A DNA stretch of 64,000 bases from Podarcis tiliguerta (Eukaryota): NCBI GenBank assembly GCA_965153285.1, contig OZ229110.1; one strand, given 5' to 3'. The translations under genes and the position numbers were made by a program. The notes under the pieces were generated by a model. The model worked only from the letters and a program-made list of their open reading frames with translations, was not told where the DNA came from and ran no database searches. This document shows positions 12,257 through 25,154 of the stretch, piece after piece (the stretch's first letter is position 1; each line of letters begins with the position of its first letter).

Positions 12257-14228
12257 TACCCAGAATAATTCATGTGCGCTATTATCTCTTCCTACGCTAG
12301 GTGGGCTGCTGCACAGTTTGGCTTGAATAGTGGAGGGGAAGATCAGTGGAGGGTAACAGACTGAAGCCTGAAGAATGGTTTGCATCGGAAGCAAGAAATA
12401 AAGGACTTCATTAGTCACTCATACTCCACATCATTAGGGCCAACCTTGTGAATTCTGCCAAAAACAATTCACCCCCACTCCTTCCAGAAAGTTCCTGAAC
12501 TTTCCCCTCTGCAGAGTCCTCCAGAGTCAGTTCTGACCATTACATCTGGTCTTTTTGGGAACTGAGTATCGAAGTTCCCCTGATGAGTAACAGTTGCTGT
12601 CCAGCCAATTGTCAAGAGGGAGAATTTTACCTGGCTCTCTTTTGTGGAGAATAGATGACGCTCTGGCCAGCCACCCTGTTTCTTCATCAGTGTGACCATC
12701 TTGTAAAACCCAAGTGGGGAACCTGAAGGCTTCATTCCTTCATGCATTCCTTCATGTGCTCCAGAACCAAAAGGTAATGATGAGCAATGATGCGACTCTT
12801 ACTTTTGCATAGTAGGTTGCGTTCCATTTATGGAAAACCCAGAGATTTCTACATGCCCTGCAATGCAGCTTTCTCTCCATCCAGACAAGTAAGAGGCATT
12901 ATTGCAGCTCAAGGCCACATTCAAAAAGTGCATGGAGGAGGGTGGCTGAGAGGTATGGGATGGAGAGAGGAGGCATGGGGAAGGGGGCAGTGCCCTAGAG
13001 AGGCAAAGAGGACAGCATTGGGTTTGCAGCCTGGAGGTTCCCCACAACATTGCAAAAGTAGTTGTTGATCAGAAGTAATACACAATGGGTTTTGGGGCGT
13101 GTGTGCGCGCTGGTTTGACACACACGAAACATGCTCACACAGAGCTCCCCACTGCCTACCCTTGACTTCTAACCTGCAGCGTCTCTAATTCCCCTTCCAC
13201 CCATTCAAACTTCTTGTATTTACATGAAAACCAATAAAAATTATTTGGGTAGAAAATTCAAACAACATTTTTTGCCATGCCTGGAACAAATCCATTCCAT
13301 ACAAATGCAGCACTACTTAATGAAGCAAATTATATGTTCTGTTTCTGAAATGGCCATATCACTTTGCAACCTTAATTTTTCAAAATAAAGAAAGACCTCA
13401 GTTCCCCCTCCTCATACTGGCACAGCGTATGCCACGTTTCTTACCAGTATCTTTGTAACCCTTTTCTTTCTCTAAACATCCTCCCTCTACCTTGCCTCCA
13501 AGCCCTCCTGTGCAATGAAACAAGCACATTGCCATATTTGTACGAAAGGAAACTCTTGCATTTGCAGAGGAGATTAAAAATAGATGGAGAGGCATATTAG
13601 TCTGAGATCCCTAATATGATGCCACCCAAAGTTGGCTAGGCTGAGGTTGTCACTTTAAAAGTCCCCATACCAGTCTACTTACTCATAGTAATTCATATTA
13701 ATCATTACAAATGAGGCTAGAGGCTAAACCTGGCCCGGTCACAGCTGTTTTCAGAACTTTGGAGCACCCCACCTTCCTGCCATTTTCTTAATTAGTGGTA
13801 ATATAAATTTCAACCTCGGCATTAGCCTTTTGCAGTAGACCATCACATGCTTTACAATAAATGCAATTTCCTGCCCTCCCCCAGCTCCTAATAACGGATC
13901 TTCATTAGCAAGGCTTAACAAAGCATTTGCCTTGTGCTCTAGCCTTGCGTGTCCACAAGGCAGGAACTGCATTAGGCTTGGATCCTAGCTCCGTGGGGCT
14001 TCATTCCAAAACAGCAAACACGAGGAGCTGCTCGGATTAGGAAGGGCTTGGGATGTGGCAAGAACCGGCCTGTGGGCTCAAAGCTTGGGAGGATGTCTGC
14101 TCAATGGTGTGGTGGTTTCTAGGCTGGCATTCATAAATATCAAACTAGCATAGTCTACATTTGTAGCTCAGCAAATATTAAAAAGAGTTGTGTATCATTA
14201 TGGTAGTAATTTGCTGTATGTATATATA

Positions 14229-14268
14229 TGTGTGTGTGTGTATGTGCACACACACACACACACACACA
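14229..14268. repeat. (TG)n/(CA)n compound, self-complementary microsatellite
   Basis: tgtgtgtgtgtgtatgtgcacacacacacacacacacaca. Confidence 0.9.
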
Positions 14269-14327
14269 ATCCAAGTGTGTAAAGAATATATTATTAGCAG
14301 CATTTAAATAAAAACGAAACACCTTTA

Positions 14328-14519
<192 letters not shown>

Positions 14520-16012
14520 CTAAAACAAAAGAGGAGTGTTAATCAGCTGGAGGCATTTTTCCATCTCATCTGGTTTCAATCTTCACCTCCTCCAAGAACG
14601 TTATTTCCTAGGCAGATCTTTCCTGAGCAGGCTGTGGGGGTAAAGGGCTTCCCCACCCCCCTATGCACATAATCTGGGCAGCTGATTTAAAGCAGAGAGC
14701 CTGAATGTTTAGTCACAGCCAACTCTGTATGACTATCTTAAGGCACTCTCTACACAGCAGGCATGGCAGTTGTGGAGACACCAGGGTTTCCTATAGTAAA
14801 CACACTTGTATCTTCAAACTGCCATGCACATGTGCCTGAAGGCCCTAATTTAGTGACACAAGTATTTTATCTATGCTTCATGTGTTTACAATAAAACAAG
14901 TACATCCCTAGTGCAGCAATGGTAACAGATCCTGCCACTTTAACTGTGGAGCTGCCCTGACATTCCATGTGCATTGAGGTGCCATTTCTTTGCATTGAAA
15001 AATATATCTTACTGGATAGAGATAACTAGTAGTTTAGCTATTCTGAAGCAGTACACATTGATTCTGGGCAGAAATATGGATGAAGGGCAGCTCTGATCTT
15101 AATCTAAGTACCAAAAAATTGAGATCTGAAAAGTTGTTAGGCATTTCTTTCACCCCATCATAAATTCTCTCAAAAAGGATGTGTCTAAAAAAACTGCACC
15201 CCAGCCTAGTCTCTAGTCCAGTTTGAATCAGGTTCCACATCTCAGTTTGCTTTTAAAGACCAAGCACACGTTGAAAAATCACTGCACAATGAACCTGGAC
15301 AGCAAACTCTCCACCAGATGAGGTTTTAACTTACATTACAGCACTATATGGAATGAGTTCTTAACTCGGGAGTTAGGAGTAGTAGCCAAGTGATTATGAG
15401 GTGATAACCTGGCTAGACTGCAACTTTCCAGAATGCAGAAGGAGATTGCCTCCATCCCTAGATTAAATTACTCAGAGGGGCTTTCAAGGAAACACCATAC
15501 TTTGTGGGTGAAGTAAATCAGAGACAGAACTAGCTTGCTCATCCACCAGAACAGGAGAAGGGCAGTTTTGGAGTCCTGCTCATTGGGTGATGTTTGTTCT
15601 GCATAGTCCTTTCACAATTCAATTTGCTCTCTGCTTGTGGAATCTGTGGTCTGAATTGTGTTATGTGGGTCTGCAGGAGTTCAGTGCCTGTTGTGTTGGA
15701 TAAAGCACCATACTTCCTTGCTCAAGTCTGCACTACACATGGGCATAGTGTAGTGTACATCCAATAAGGAAAATCTTCACACACACACACATCCTCTGTA
15801 GGGAAGATATTGGGCATGCATGTGCAGGAATCTACATGCTATGTATGCAAACATGGGGAAGGCAGGGTTTAGACCAGCACACATAGGCTTTATACATTTT
15901 ACCAAGTAGGTATATATGTCTTAAGATTCCCACCTTCATTTCTACTCTGTGCTTAAATGGACATGATGCGACCAGTCCAATACATCAATCTGTGTGCATG
16001 TTGATGGTGTCA

Positions 16013-16258
<246 letters not shown>

Positions 16259-16261
16259 CTA

Positions 16262-16451
16262 TCAAAGGCTACATATTACTGCTAATATCCCAGGCAATGT
16301 GCCTCTTAATGCCAGTTGGTAGAGAACAGGGAGCACAAGTGGGGGGGGGGCGCTGTTCTCACATCTCACATGCCGGCTTCCCACTAGCATGTTTCTTAGC
16401 CACTCTGAGAAGAGGATACTGGCCTGATCCAGAAGAGCTCTTCTTAGTTCT
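16262..16451 (+). mobile_element. Degraded CR1-like LINE 3' end
   Basis: Ends gccactctgagaagaggatactggcctgatccagaagagctcttcttagttct. Similar to copies at 36528 and 59700. Confidence 0.55.
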
Positions 16452-17807
16452 AACCTTCCATCAATAAGACCCACACAATACATATTACTGGGAAAGGGCA
16501 TCAAAGAACAGTGGCTCATTTCGCTTCATTCCAGCAAATACATGGAATTCCAAGCAGTTCTGTGAGTGGACTGATGGATCTCTCTGTCTCTTCTCTGCCA
16601 GCCCAAAGGAGGACTGTTTCCATGCTAGCCACAAAGAAAGAAAAGTATCTTCCTCAGCAAGCAAAACGGAAACCAAGCAGGCTGGTGGAGAAAAGGGGAC
16701 AAGTCTGCTTATTTTCTATTACCTAGCCTCCTAAAAGTGCTTAATGGACTGCTTTTCCATGATGGCTTCACATTTTCTATAGCAACCAGAGTGGAAATGC
16801 AGGCTATTGTTATTTATTAAATTTCCACGCCAGCCTTCATCTGCGGATCATGGAGCAGCTTACAATATAAAAACAAGGAAATGCATACCATAAAGTAACA
16901 AATAAAAACAATTGCCCTCCCTTGATCTAAAAGGCTATAGATTGTTTCCACAGTGAGGTGGTGAATGGGGAAGCTGAATTTAAGTAGTGTGTGTGTATGT
17001 ATAGAATAGATCCACCCTAAGCAGACTAGTTTTAATGCTGATTTATCTTGCCAGATTTAAAAAGAATAGAAAAGCCAGTCATGTTTGGGATGTGCATCCT
17101 ATCCCCACCCCCATTCCTCTTACCATTACACCCATTATTAAAATTGATGATAACTGTCAGTTTGCAAAGCTGACAAACCCAAAATCTCTGCTAAATGGAG
17201 AGAAGGAAAAATGGCAGTTTTATCTCACTTTGTTGTTTCCACAGAGAGTATTTTTGACATGAATACAACAGGGGGCCCAGGGCTTAAACCCTGTGGTCCA
17301 GGTCAGAGAAGGAAACCACAGTCTGTAGGCAACCAATACTCTAGCCCAGAAATCATTCAGGTCCTGTATGTTCTCAGAGAGCCAAAGCTATGCTGACAAA
17401 GCTCCAAGATCCAATGTACTTCCTCCGCCTGAGCATCATTTTGTAGGGAACAGACAAAGCAAGACAAGTGTTTCCAAGTTAACAATAAGGGTCGGGAATG
17501 CCTCAACATCAGGCAACAGTTGTTTATTATTATCTAGGCAGGTTGTTTATCGTTACCAGGGTTTCTCAGTCTTAGCAGCTGGAATGCTGAGAAAAATACA
17601 AAATAATCCATCAAAAGCTAGTCAGTAGCTCGGTCCTTCTGGGAGTTTGACCTGATTTGGCAGGGTTTACATATGCTGTGCCCTGACCGGCCCCTTTCAG
17701 TAGCTCGCTGCATGACTTCTGGCTACACAGCGTCATGATATGAAGGGAGGACGACACCCCCTTCCCCTGAAATTTATGACTAGTGTCTCTTCCCTGACAC
17801 CACTTAC

Positions 17808-17939
17808 ATGGACAAGCTGCTCCTGAGTATCATACTCCTTCGCACAACTTTCCCAGTGACAGTTGGTCTCATAAATAACTTCGGGCTCCTGTTTGCATTC
17901 GTCCTTATCAAGTTCCTCTTTCAAGTCCGTCAGATGCTC
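17808..17939 (-). CDS. GLI2: GLI2 coding exon (exon 9 equiv.), start of zinc finger 1
   Basis: tttgtatcttgcag|GAGCAT ... GTCCAT|gtaagt; 132 nt; [44 protein letters not shown]. Confidence 0.96.
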
Positions 17940-19390
17940 CTGCAAGATACAAAGCACTCTGCGTAAGATGGACTGGTTTTGCCTGAACTCCTCAGTCACC
18001 CATAGATTACACAGCAGGTGCTTGTGGAAGAAAGAAAAGCACCATCGCAGGGCGACAGCGACAGCATTGCTGGCGAGTCACAGAAGGGCCTGCCCCAAAA
18101 TGGCATCTAAGCAAGGAGCCAAGCATTACACGCAGACCAGGTGACTGAATATAGAAATCTGGGGTGCTTCCAGACAGGGGCTTTGTTTGCCAAGGGGTCA
18201 CTGAGATACTGCAGACAGGTGTCTGGGAATAGTTGTAGTCCCCCCCCCCTTTTTACTTATCAGGCTTCCCCTGTCTGGAAGCACTCTGAATCAGATGGGA
18301 GGTGGGAAATGCAGGCTGGCATTTTGTTGCCAACCACATTCTGTAGAAACTGCAAAAAAATTATTAATAATAAAATCCCTTCATTGTATGATGAGCACTG
18401 ACCCCACAATAAAGCACCCTGGTTGTCTGACTTGTGCCGCAGGCCACCTCTGCTACCCTGGAGCCAAACAACTGGCCTTACTTATGTACCACTTTTCACT
18501 GATGACCTCAAGACACTTGCAAGATTTTTTGATTGGTGATTTTGACACAGTTTGCATAAATGAAAACAACAATAAATACATAGAAAACAACTAGCACAGT
18601 TCCCCCCCTCCTGTTTAAGGCAGAGAGTTTTTAAAAGTATTTCAGATGGTGAAAAAAAATGATTGAAAATGCCTAGGTAAATAAGAACATTTTTGCCTGG
18701 CCAGCAAAATGAGGAAAGGACAGCACCAGCAGCTGGAACCTCTGGGAAGCTGGGGAAGAGGACTCACCCTCATTGATCCCCCCCCCACGAGATTTTCATT
18801 TTGCTGCTGTTAGCCTCCTGGGAGGAAGAGATGAGGAATCCAGCTGCTGGTGGGAAGACCCCCTACCCCTCTAAACTGTATTTAAGCCACACTGCTGAGG
18901 CTCTTTGGAGTCCAGTATGGCCAGTACCTAGATCTTTATTTTTGGCTGTGATAAGTTGTGTGTTTTTTTTGCACTGTGCTTAAGCAGTTAATTCCAGATT
19001 ATTCCTTTTGTAATACTGAATTTAATTCTGTGTTGGCTGAACAGTTGATTTTGTCCTGTTTTAAGTTACTGATATGTTTTATAAACTGGTTTCTCCTCCA
19101 GTCCTCCAGTCCTCCCAAATGCCACCTCTATCGGAGGGCTAGAAGAGATTTGCATGATTTCCATGTTTTTTACTGCATAGAGTAGAATCTTTATCAACTC
19201 ACTCACAGCTCAGATCGCCCCCTCCCTAGTTTCTCTCGCTCTCTGTGCCACACCTATCCACAAACACACCCAGCCTCAACTCAACCGGGACTTGGGACTG
19301 TTCCGCATGTCAAAAAGTGGCAAATCTGCTAAGTTTGCACTCAAACAGGGAACCTCAGACAATCACATCTTACCAGTACTTGTCAGTACT

Positions 19391-20201
19391 TCCTGACAAG
19401 ACAGAAGTACTGTTTTTGGGGGACAGGGAGCGGGTGGGTGTGGGGGATTCCCTGGTCCTGAATGGGGTAACTGTGCCCCTGAAGGACCAGGTACGCAGCC
19501 TGGGAGTCATTTTGGACTCACAGCTGCCCATGGAGGCGCAGGTTAACTCTGTGTCCAGGGCAGCTGTCTACCAGCTCCACCTGGTACGCAGGCTGAGACC
19601 CTACCTGCCTGCGGACTGTCTCGCCAGAGTGGTGCATGCTCTAGTTATCTCCCGCTTGGACTACTGCAACGCGCTCTACGTGGGGCTACCTTTGAAGGTG
19701 ACCCGGAAACTGCAATTAATCCAGAATGTGGCAGCTAGGATGGTGACTAGGAGTGGCCACTAGGACCACATAACACCGGTTCTGAGAGATCTGCATTGGC
19801 TCCCAGTACGTTTCCGAGCACGATTCAAAGTGTTGGTGCTGACCTTTAAAGCCCTAAACGGCCTTGGTCCTGTATACCTGAAGGAGCGTCTCCACCCCCA
19901 TCGTTCAGCCCGGACACTGAGATCCAGCGCTGAGGGCCTTCTGGCGGTTCCCTCATTGTGAGAAGTGAGGCTACAGGGAACCAGACAGAGGGCCTTCTTG
20001 GTAGTGGCGCCCGCCCCGTGGAACGCCCTCCCATCAGATGTCAAAGAGATAAACAACTACTTGACATTCAGAAGACATCTTAAGGCAGCCCTGTTCAGGG
20101 AAGTTTTTAATATGTAATGCTGCACTGTTTTTAACACTTGATTGGGAGCTGCCCAGAGTGGCTGGGGAAACTCAGCCAGATGGGCGGGGTATAAATAATA
20201 A

Positions 20202-20253
<52 letters not shown>
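19391..20253 (+). mobile_element. 5'-truncated L2-clade LINE (ORF2 C-terminus, 3' UTR, (TTA)n tail), antisense to GLI2
   Basis: Frame reads PDKTEVL...LGVILDSQL...SRLDYCNALY...QNVAAR...*DHITPVLRDLHWLPV...WNALP...LFREVFNM*. No frameshifts; two premature stops (19761, 19959); natural stop 20115-20117. Confidence 0.9.
20203..20253 (+). repeat. (TTA)17 microsatellite forming the LINE tail
   Basis: Direct reading, immediately after the L2 3' end. Confidence 0.95.
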
Positions 20254-20254
<1 letters not shown>

Positions 20255-22747
20255 TACCAAAAAAATGTACCTGTGTGAAACATGCATTTGCAGTGTGTGC
20301 CATGGTCAGAAAATTATGTAGGTGTACATAAAGAATATTGTGAGTGTACAGCTGGAAACATAATCTTAAACCTTTTTTTTTTAATATTGTGGGTAGAATT
20401 CACCAAACCAACCCTGTCAATGGAAGGATGGCGTAAGGACTTTACTTGTGCAACAGGGATTTTCCCCCCTCTCCTCCTCTTGCCTGTCTCCTGAAATTGG
20501 CTTGGGGGTGGAGAACCCCCAAAACAGCACACAGAGGGAGGAGCGGGCGGCAGGGAATCATTCCATTTGGCAAGCTGAAATGCTTGCACAGACAGAACAT
20601 TTGGAAGAGGGAGAAATCCCTGTTGCGCATTGACTTCTACCTGGTATTTTAACATTTCTGTGACCCACCCTGAGACCTTATGGTGAAGGGTGAGCTATAA
20701 ACCACCAACAACAACAACCATAAGTGAAGAAGCCTTTACATTGAAATAAATTTTAGATCTTAGGTATGGGGTTTTAGGAGGGCAAAATTTAGAGATACAT
20801 AAGGAATTGCCTAAAAGACACTTACATTAATATTGCCCCATTCCTAACCTCAGGAAATCCCCCTTTGCACTCTCTCCATGTAAGAGACCACAATCCGTGA
20901 CCTGATTAAGCTGGGAGTAAAGCAGGCTGGTTATTCTACGTCATGTGCTGCTTCCTGCCATTGTGTGCTGAGGTGTTCCTAAACCCAAAGCTCTGGAGAG
21001 ATGCCTCTTTGCCCTAATCGTGCTGACTACAGCATGTTTATCTTTCCCAGATATGCTATCTTCATCAATTTTACCAGCCCCCTGATGATTGCACATGTTG
21101 CTGTCCCCATGCATCATGCCAAAACCCGCTTCTGAACTGGAGCTGAAAGAGAAATTTGTCATAAACTCTTCTGTTGGCTTGACAATAGCATCGCCTCATA
21201 TTTCATGAAAATGAAGTGCCCAGAGCACTCCCAATAGTTTACAGTTGTGATAAAGAACGGTCAGATAGATACTGCCAGCCATTAAACAGTTTGGAAGTGT
21301 GCGGCTCCGACAAGAGCACAGAAGCCGGTGGGCTCTTGTGGGTGTCAAATGTGGTGTCATTGAGGTAAAGGATGCTGCTGTGAGCAATTCCTCCCTGAAT
21401 AGGGGCAGCTCCTTGCTGGAGAGCTTCCTAGCTGCGCACAAGATCTCCTTGTAATCTATGTTTGCTCTGAGACACCATTACTGCTTGCTTTGCAGTCTAC
21501 AAGTGGCAAACATCATTTTTAAAGGCATCTGGCTGAAATATGGCATTTCTGCCTAAGCCAGCAGGAGGATTCCATGACCCAGGAACCCACAGCGTGTCTC
21601 AGTCCAATCACTCATGAAAAACTAGCACCGACCCATCATGCTGGGACTTAGAGTAGGCAATCTATAACCTCCAAACACTCCCGCTCATCTGTTTTGTCCA
21701 ACAACCCATGCATCTTTCAAAGTGGAACACAGCAGCCTTGTTTAAATCCCCGTCCCCATAATTATTTACAAATTTTGAACTGCAGATTCGGTCATGTGCT
21801 GGAGCTGTTCTAGGTGTGCATGCTCCCATTTGATCATCATGTGGCAGAGAAATTTGAGCATCCCCTTTTCCCTAGTGTTAGCATTCTTTTCTTGGTCGGA
21901 AGGGACCCCCAAAATCTACTCTCATTTTCTCTTCCTCTCCCTTTGCATGGCAGAATAATCTGTTCACAGACCTCACTTCAGATGAACCTGTCTGGGCACA
22001 TCAGACTACAGTTTCCTCTCTTCCACTGGAGGGCAAGTGCAGCTGAAGCTATTGAGGCTGCAACTTTAACAAACTTAACAGAGACAGCAAGTCCCATTGA
22101 ACTTAGTTGGGCTTTTACCCAGTACATAAATATAAGATAGCACCATAAGTTGTCTGATCAGCTTCAGGTGACTCAGGCAAAGAAGCCAAACCACATGTTG
22201 TAGAGTTAAGCAAAACGTTTTGCCTAATGATCCAGGGGAAACCTCTTATGTTTAATTTACACCTTACTATTTTTACAGTGTGGTTGCCATTCATTTTTAT
22301 AGCATATTGCTACTTCCCAGGCAAAAATAGCCTTGTCTGAGGTGTGGTTCTGGCAAAGGAAGAACCCATGTGATCTAAGCACTTCAGATATTATTGACGA
22401 GACATGGGGAACTGACCTCAGGGGAATGTACCAGGACACAGAGATAATATGTAAGGGTACAGCTTAGAACCAGCAAAATCCAATTCACCAAATCTTCCCC
22501 AAATGAAATGTCCTTGGGGCACAAGCCACCTACTGCCCTAAAAGAAAAGCATCCAAATGGACACAGATGTGAAGACACAGTTGTGGCCTTCCATGTTTCC
22601 AAAGCTGCTAATAATAATAATAATAGCATTAGAAACTGCTGCCCTGTTACTCTCCGAAGAGTCTTCACAATTAGTTCTGTTCTTGTTGGTAAAATTTTGG
22701 AGTCTATCAGCTCAAGTGTTCAAGACAAGTTTGCACCAAGGAGTTAC

Positions 22748-22861
22748 CTGAGTGGGCGGGGAAGCTGGTGGTAGAGTCTCCATTTCAGTCTTGACTTTGC
22801 TGCGTTTATTAATGACTGGGTTGACCGTGCTGCTAACAGCTGACTCACTGCTCTGCTTGCT
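22748..22861 (-). CDS. GLI2: GLI2 coding exon (exon 8 equiv.)
   Basis: ttgtttccccag|AGCAAG ... ACTCAG|gtaact; 114 nt; SKQSSESAVSSTVNPVINKRSKVKTEMETLPPASPPTQ. Confidence 0.95.
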
Positions 22862-24116
22862 CTGGGGAAACAAAAAGGGGCAGTGGGGAGGTTATATCAG
22901 TGTTTTAAAGGAAAAGCAGCATTTTTTAATTTTTTTTTTTACTTACAATGCAGCAACTGAACAGCAGGAGACACAGTTTAGATCAGGGTAAGAATTAATT
23001 CAGAGAGAATGTTCATTTTTTGCCTTTGAAAAGGATGTCAGTTTTGCAAACTTGACCATGCTGAATAATGCAATCCACTTTGAGCCATGTCAGCAACAGG
23101 TACATGTATGTTCATATGTGTATCACAATGGGGATAAACATTTGAAGGAGCCAGTGGTTCCTCATTCAGAAAGTGACATGGGGATGGAAAACTTCTTTTC
23201 TGTTTCTTTAAACCTGAGAAGCAAATTCACTCTTCGTGATTTAAAACTTGAGATCTTAGTTGGAACACATTTAATAAATATTTAAAGTATTAAAATGCAG
23301 TGCTTTTTGCCATTATTTGTTTACTTATGTGTTTCCATCCTTGTTTGTTCATCTGTATACTGTGGCGCTTCCCAAAAAGGAATCACTGTTCTGTCGGTGG
23401 ACTGCTACTGAGGAGTGAATTTGCTTCCCAGTTTTTTTGTTTTTTAAAAAACACCCTACAGATTCACACAATCATTTTCAAGCTTTATTTCCACATTCTT
23501 CATTTGATAAATGTGCACATGGAAACCTCATCATTTGAACCAGCTGTTTCATGCACAAATTGCTGATTAGACTAAGCTCTGTGGATTTCCCCACCCAGTT
23601 CACAGAACTCAAGATGGCAATTTGAGCTCATAGTGTTTGAGTCATTTGTGCAATGGGTGCAAATATGCCTAGTTTCAAATAGTTCTCACAAGTAAGAAAA
23701 AAGAAGGGGCAGAGGGCCCTGTCTTATCTGAATGTTATCTCATAGGGCAAATACGCAGATTATATTAATTTTCCTTGATCATCTGAATTATGTGGAAGAC
23801 CAAGTTTCAGCTAAGCACACAATGAATTGCTACAGATCATATAGCTCTTGCTGCATGATGTGTGTGTGTCATGATCTTGGAGACATTGGCTTAAGAGGGA
23901 TCAGTGCAATCAAATGAGCAGAGATGCGAAGACTGCTATTTCACAGCTGTGGCCTTCTGTGTGTTTACAGTGAACACCCAACCTTGCAATGAATCCTTAG
24001 AGTGAAACTGACAGGGGAACTGAAACAGATTAGCTGCAATGGGCACAGTGGGACTTTGTATAGGTGTCTGCAACCAGCCCAGTTAAAATCCTGCCAGAAG
24101 CAGACGTGGGTCCTAC

Positions 24117-24324
24117 CTGGTTGGAATCAGAGACACAGTTGCTGCTGATCTGAGCCGGAGTGGAATTGACAGAGATGACGGCCACATGCTGCCGTGAAGG
24201 AAACGTCGGCGATGGCTGGATGAAGGGAGGCGTATGTCCAAATGCTGAGCTCAAGCTTCTCTGCTGATTCAAAATTTGCTGGTACGTCACTGGGTTGATT
24301 GGGTGAGGGAAAGTGAATGCTGGG
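24117..24324 (-). CDS. GLI2: GLI2 coding exon (exon 7 equiv.)
   Basis: tctctctccag|CCCAGCA ... AACCAG|gtagga; 208 nt; (S)PAFTFPHPINPVTYQQILNQQRSLSSAFGHTPPFIQPSP...SDSNQ. Confidence 0.96.
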
Positions 24325-24952
24325 CTGGAGAGAGAGAACATCAGAAGGAGAAGATATAGCAGCATGCAGTGAGAACATTTGGGATGCTCCAAATGGCTGG
24401 TTAAGGGCAAAGCAGCCTGATAATGAAGCAACCAGGACAAGGTCAACATTGCTTAGTTTCTTTCTCCTCTTAGAGGTGTGTTCAAGGGATGCTGCTTCAT
24501 GAGTATGCCTTCTGAAAACACAACAAAGCTGGGAGAGGGGGTTGTGGTTTTAAAAGATTGGGGGGGGGGACTTCCAAAGGTGCATCTCAACTCTAGATTA
24601 TTACATTCCCCTCTTGCTGATTTTCCCATGAGGTCCATATAGAGCAAGTGCCCCACTTTTGCAGTTTCTTTTATTTTCTTACGAGACCCGACAGCCTCAC
24701 TAGGCCTGGCCTTTCATTGTTGCCTGTGTTGCACTGGCAGAATACGAATTACCCATTGGCAGGTCCAAAACTCAGAGTGAACCAAAGCTAACTGTTCATA
24801 TACTGCTGAGGCATCTTGGGAGTCACAGGTTACTCTAGGTCATTATGTACAACTAGGGACCCACATCTCTAGCGTCTTTCAATGGCTGCAAACTTGTTTC
24901 ATCACCACTCCTGGTAATGAGGATTTCAGCATGAGCTGCTCTCCTCCCTTAC

Positions 24953-25154
24953 CTTATTGCCCCCGCTGATAAATGCCCATAAGAGCCACTTGCTGCAGAA
25001 CTACTTCTGGAGTTATTTATATAAGCCACCAATGAATTTGGCGAGGTCCGGATCATTGTCTGAAGATCAATGCTGGCATCGGACAACGGAGATATAGAAA
25101 GCGCTCGCTTTCGACTTAGTCTTGGAGTCACTCGTGGACTGGAGAATCTTGACA
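24953..25154 (-). CDS. GLI2: GLI2 coding exon (exon 6 equiv.), SUFU-binding SYGHL motif
   Basis: ccctttcatatag|TGTCAAGA ... GCAATAAG|gtaagg; 202 nt; (V)[66 protein letters not shown]. Confidence 0.97.

Noticed and set aside
19245-19763. 172-aa ORF as a host gene
   Set aside because: It is a truncated L2 ORF2 fragment fused by chance to upstream intron sequence.
21075-21142. Possible 68-nt poison exon (tttctctttcag ... CTG|gtaaaa) on the minus strand
   Set aside because: Weak donor and no homology; such AG/GT pairs are common by chance in long introns.
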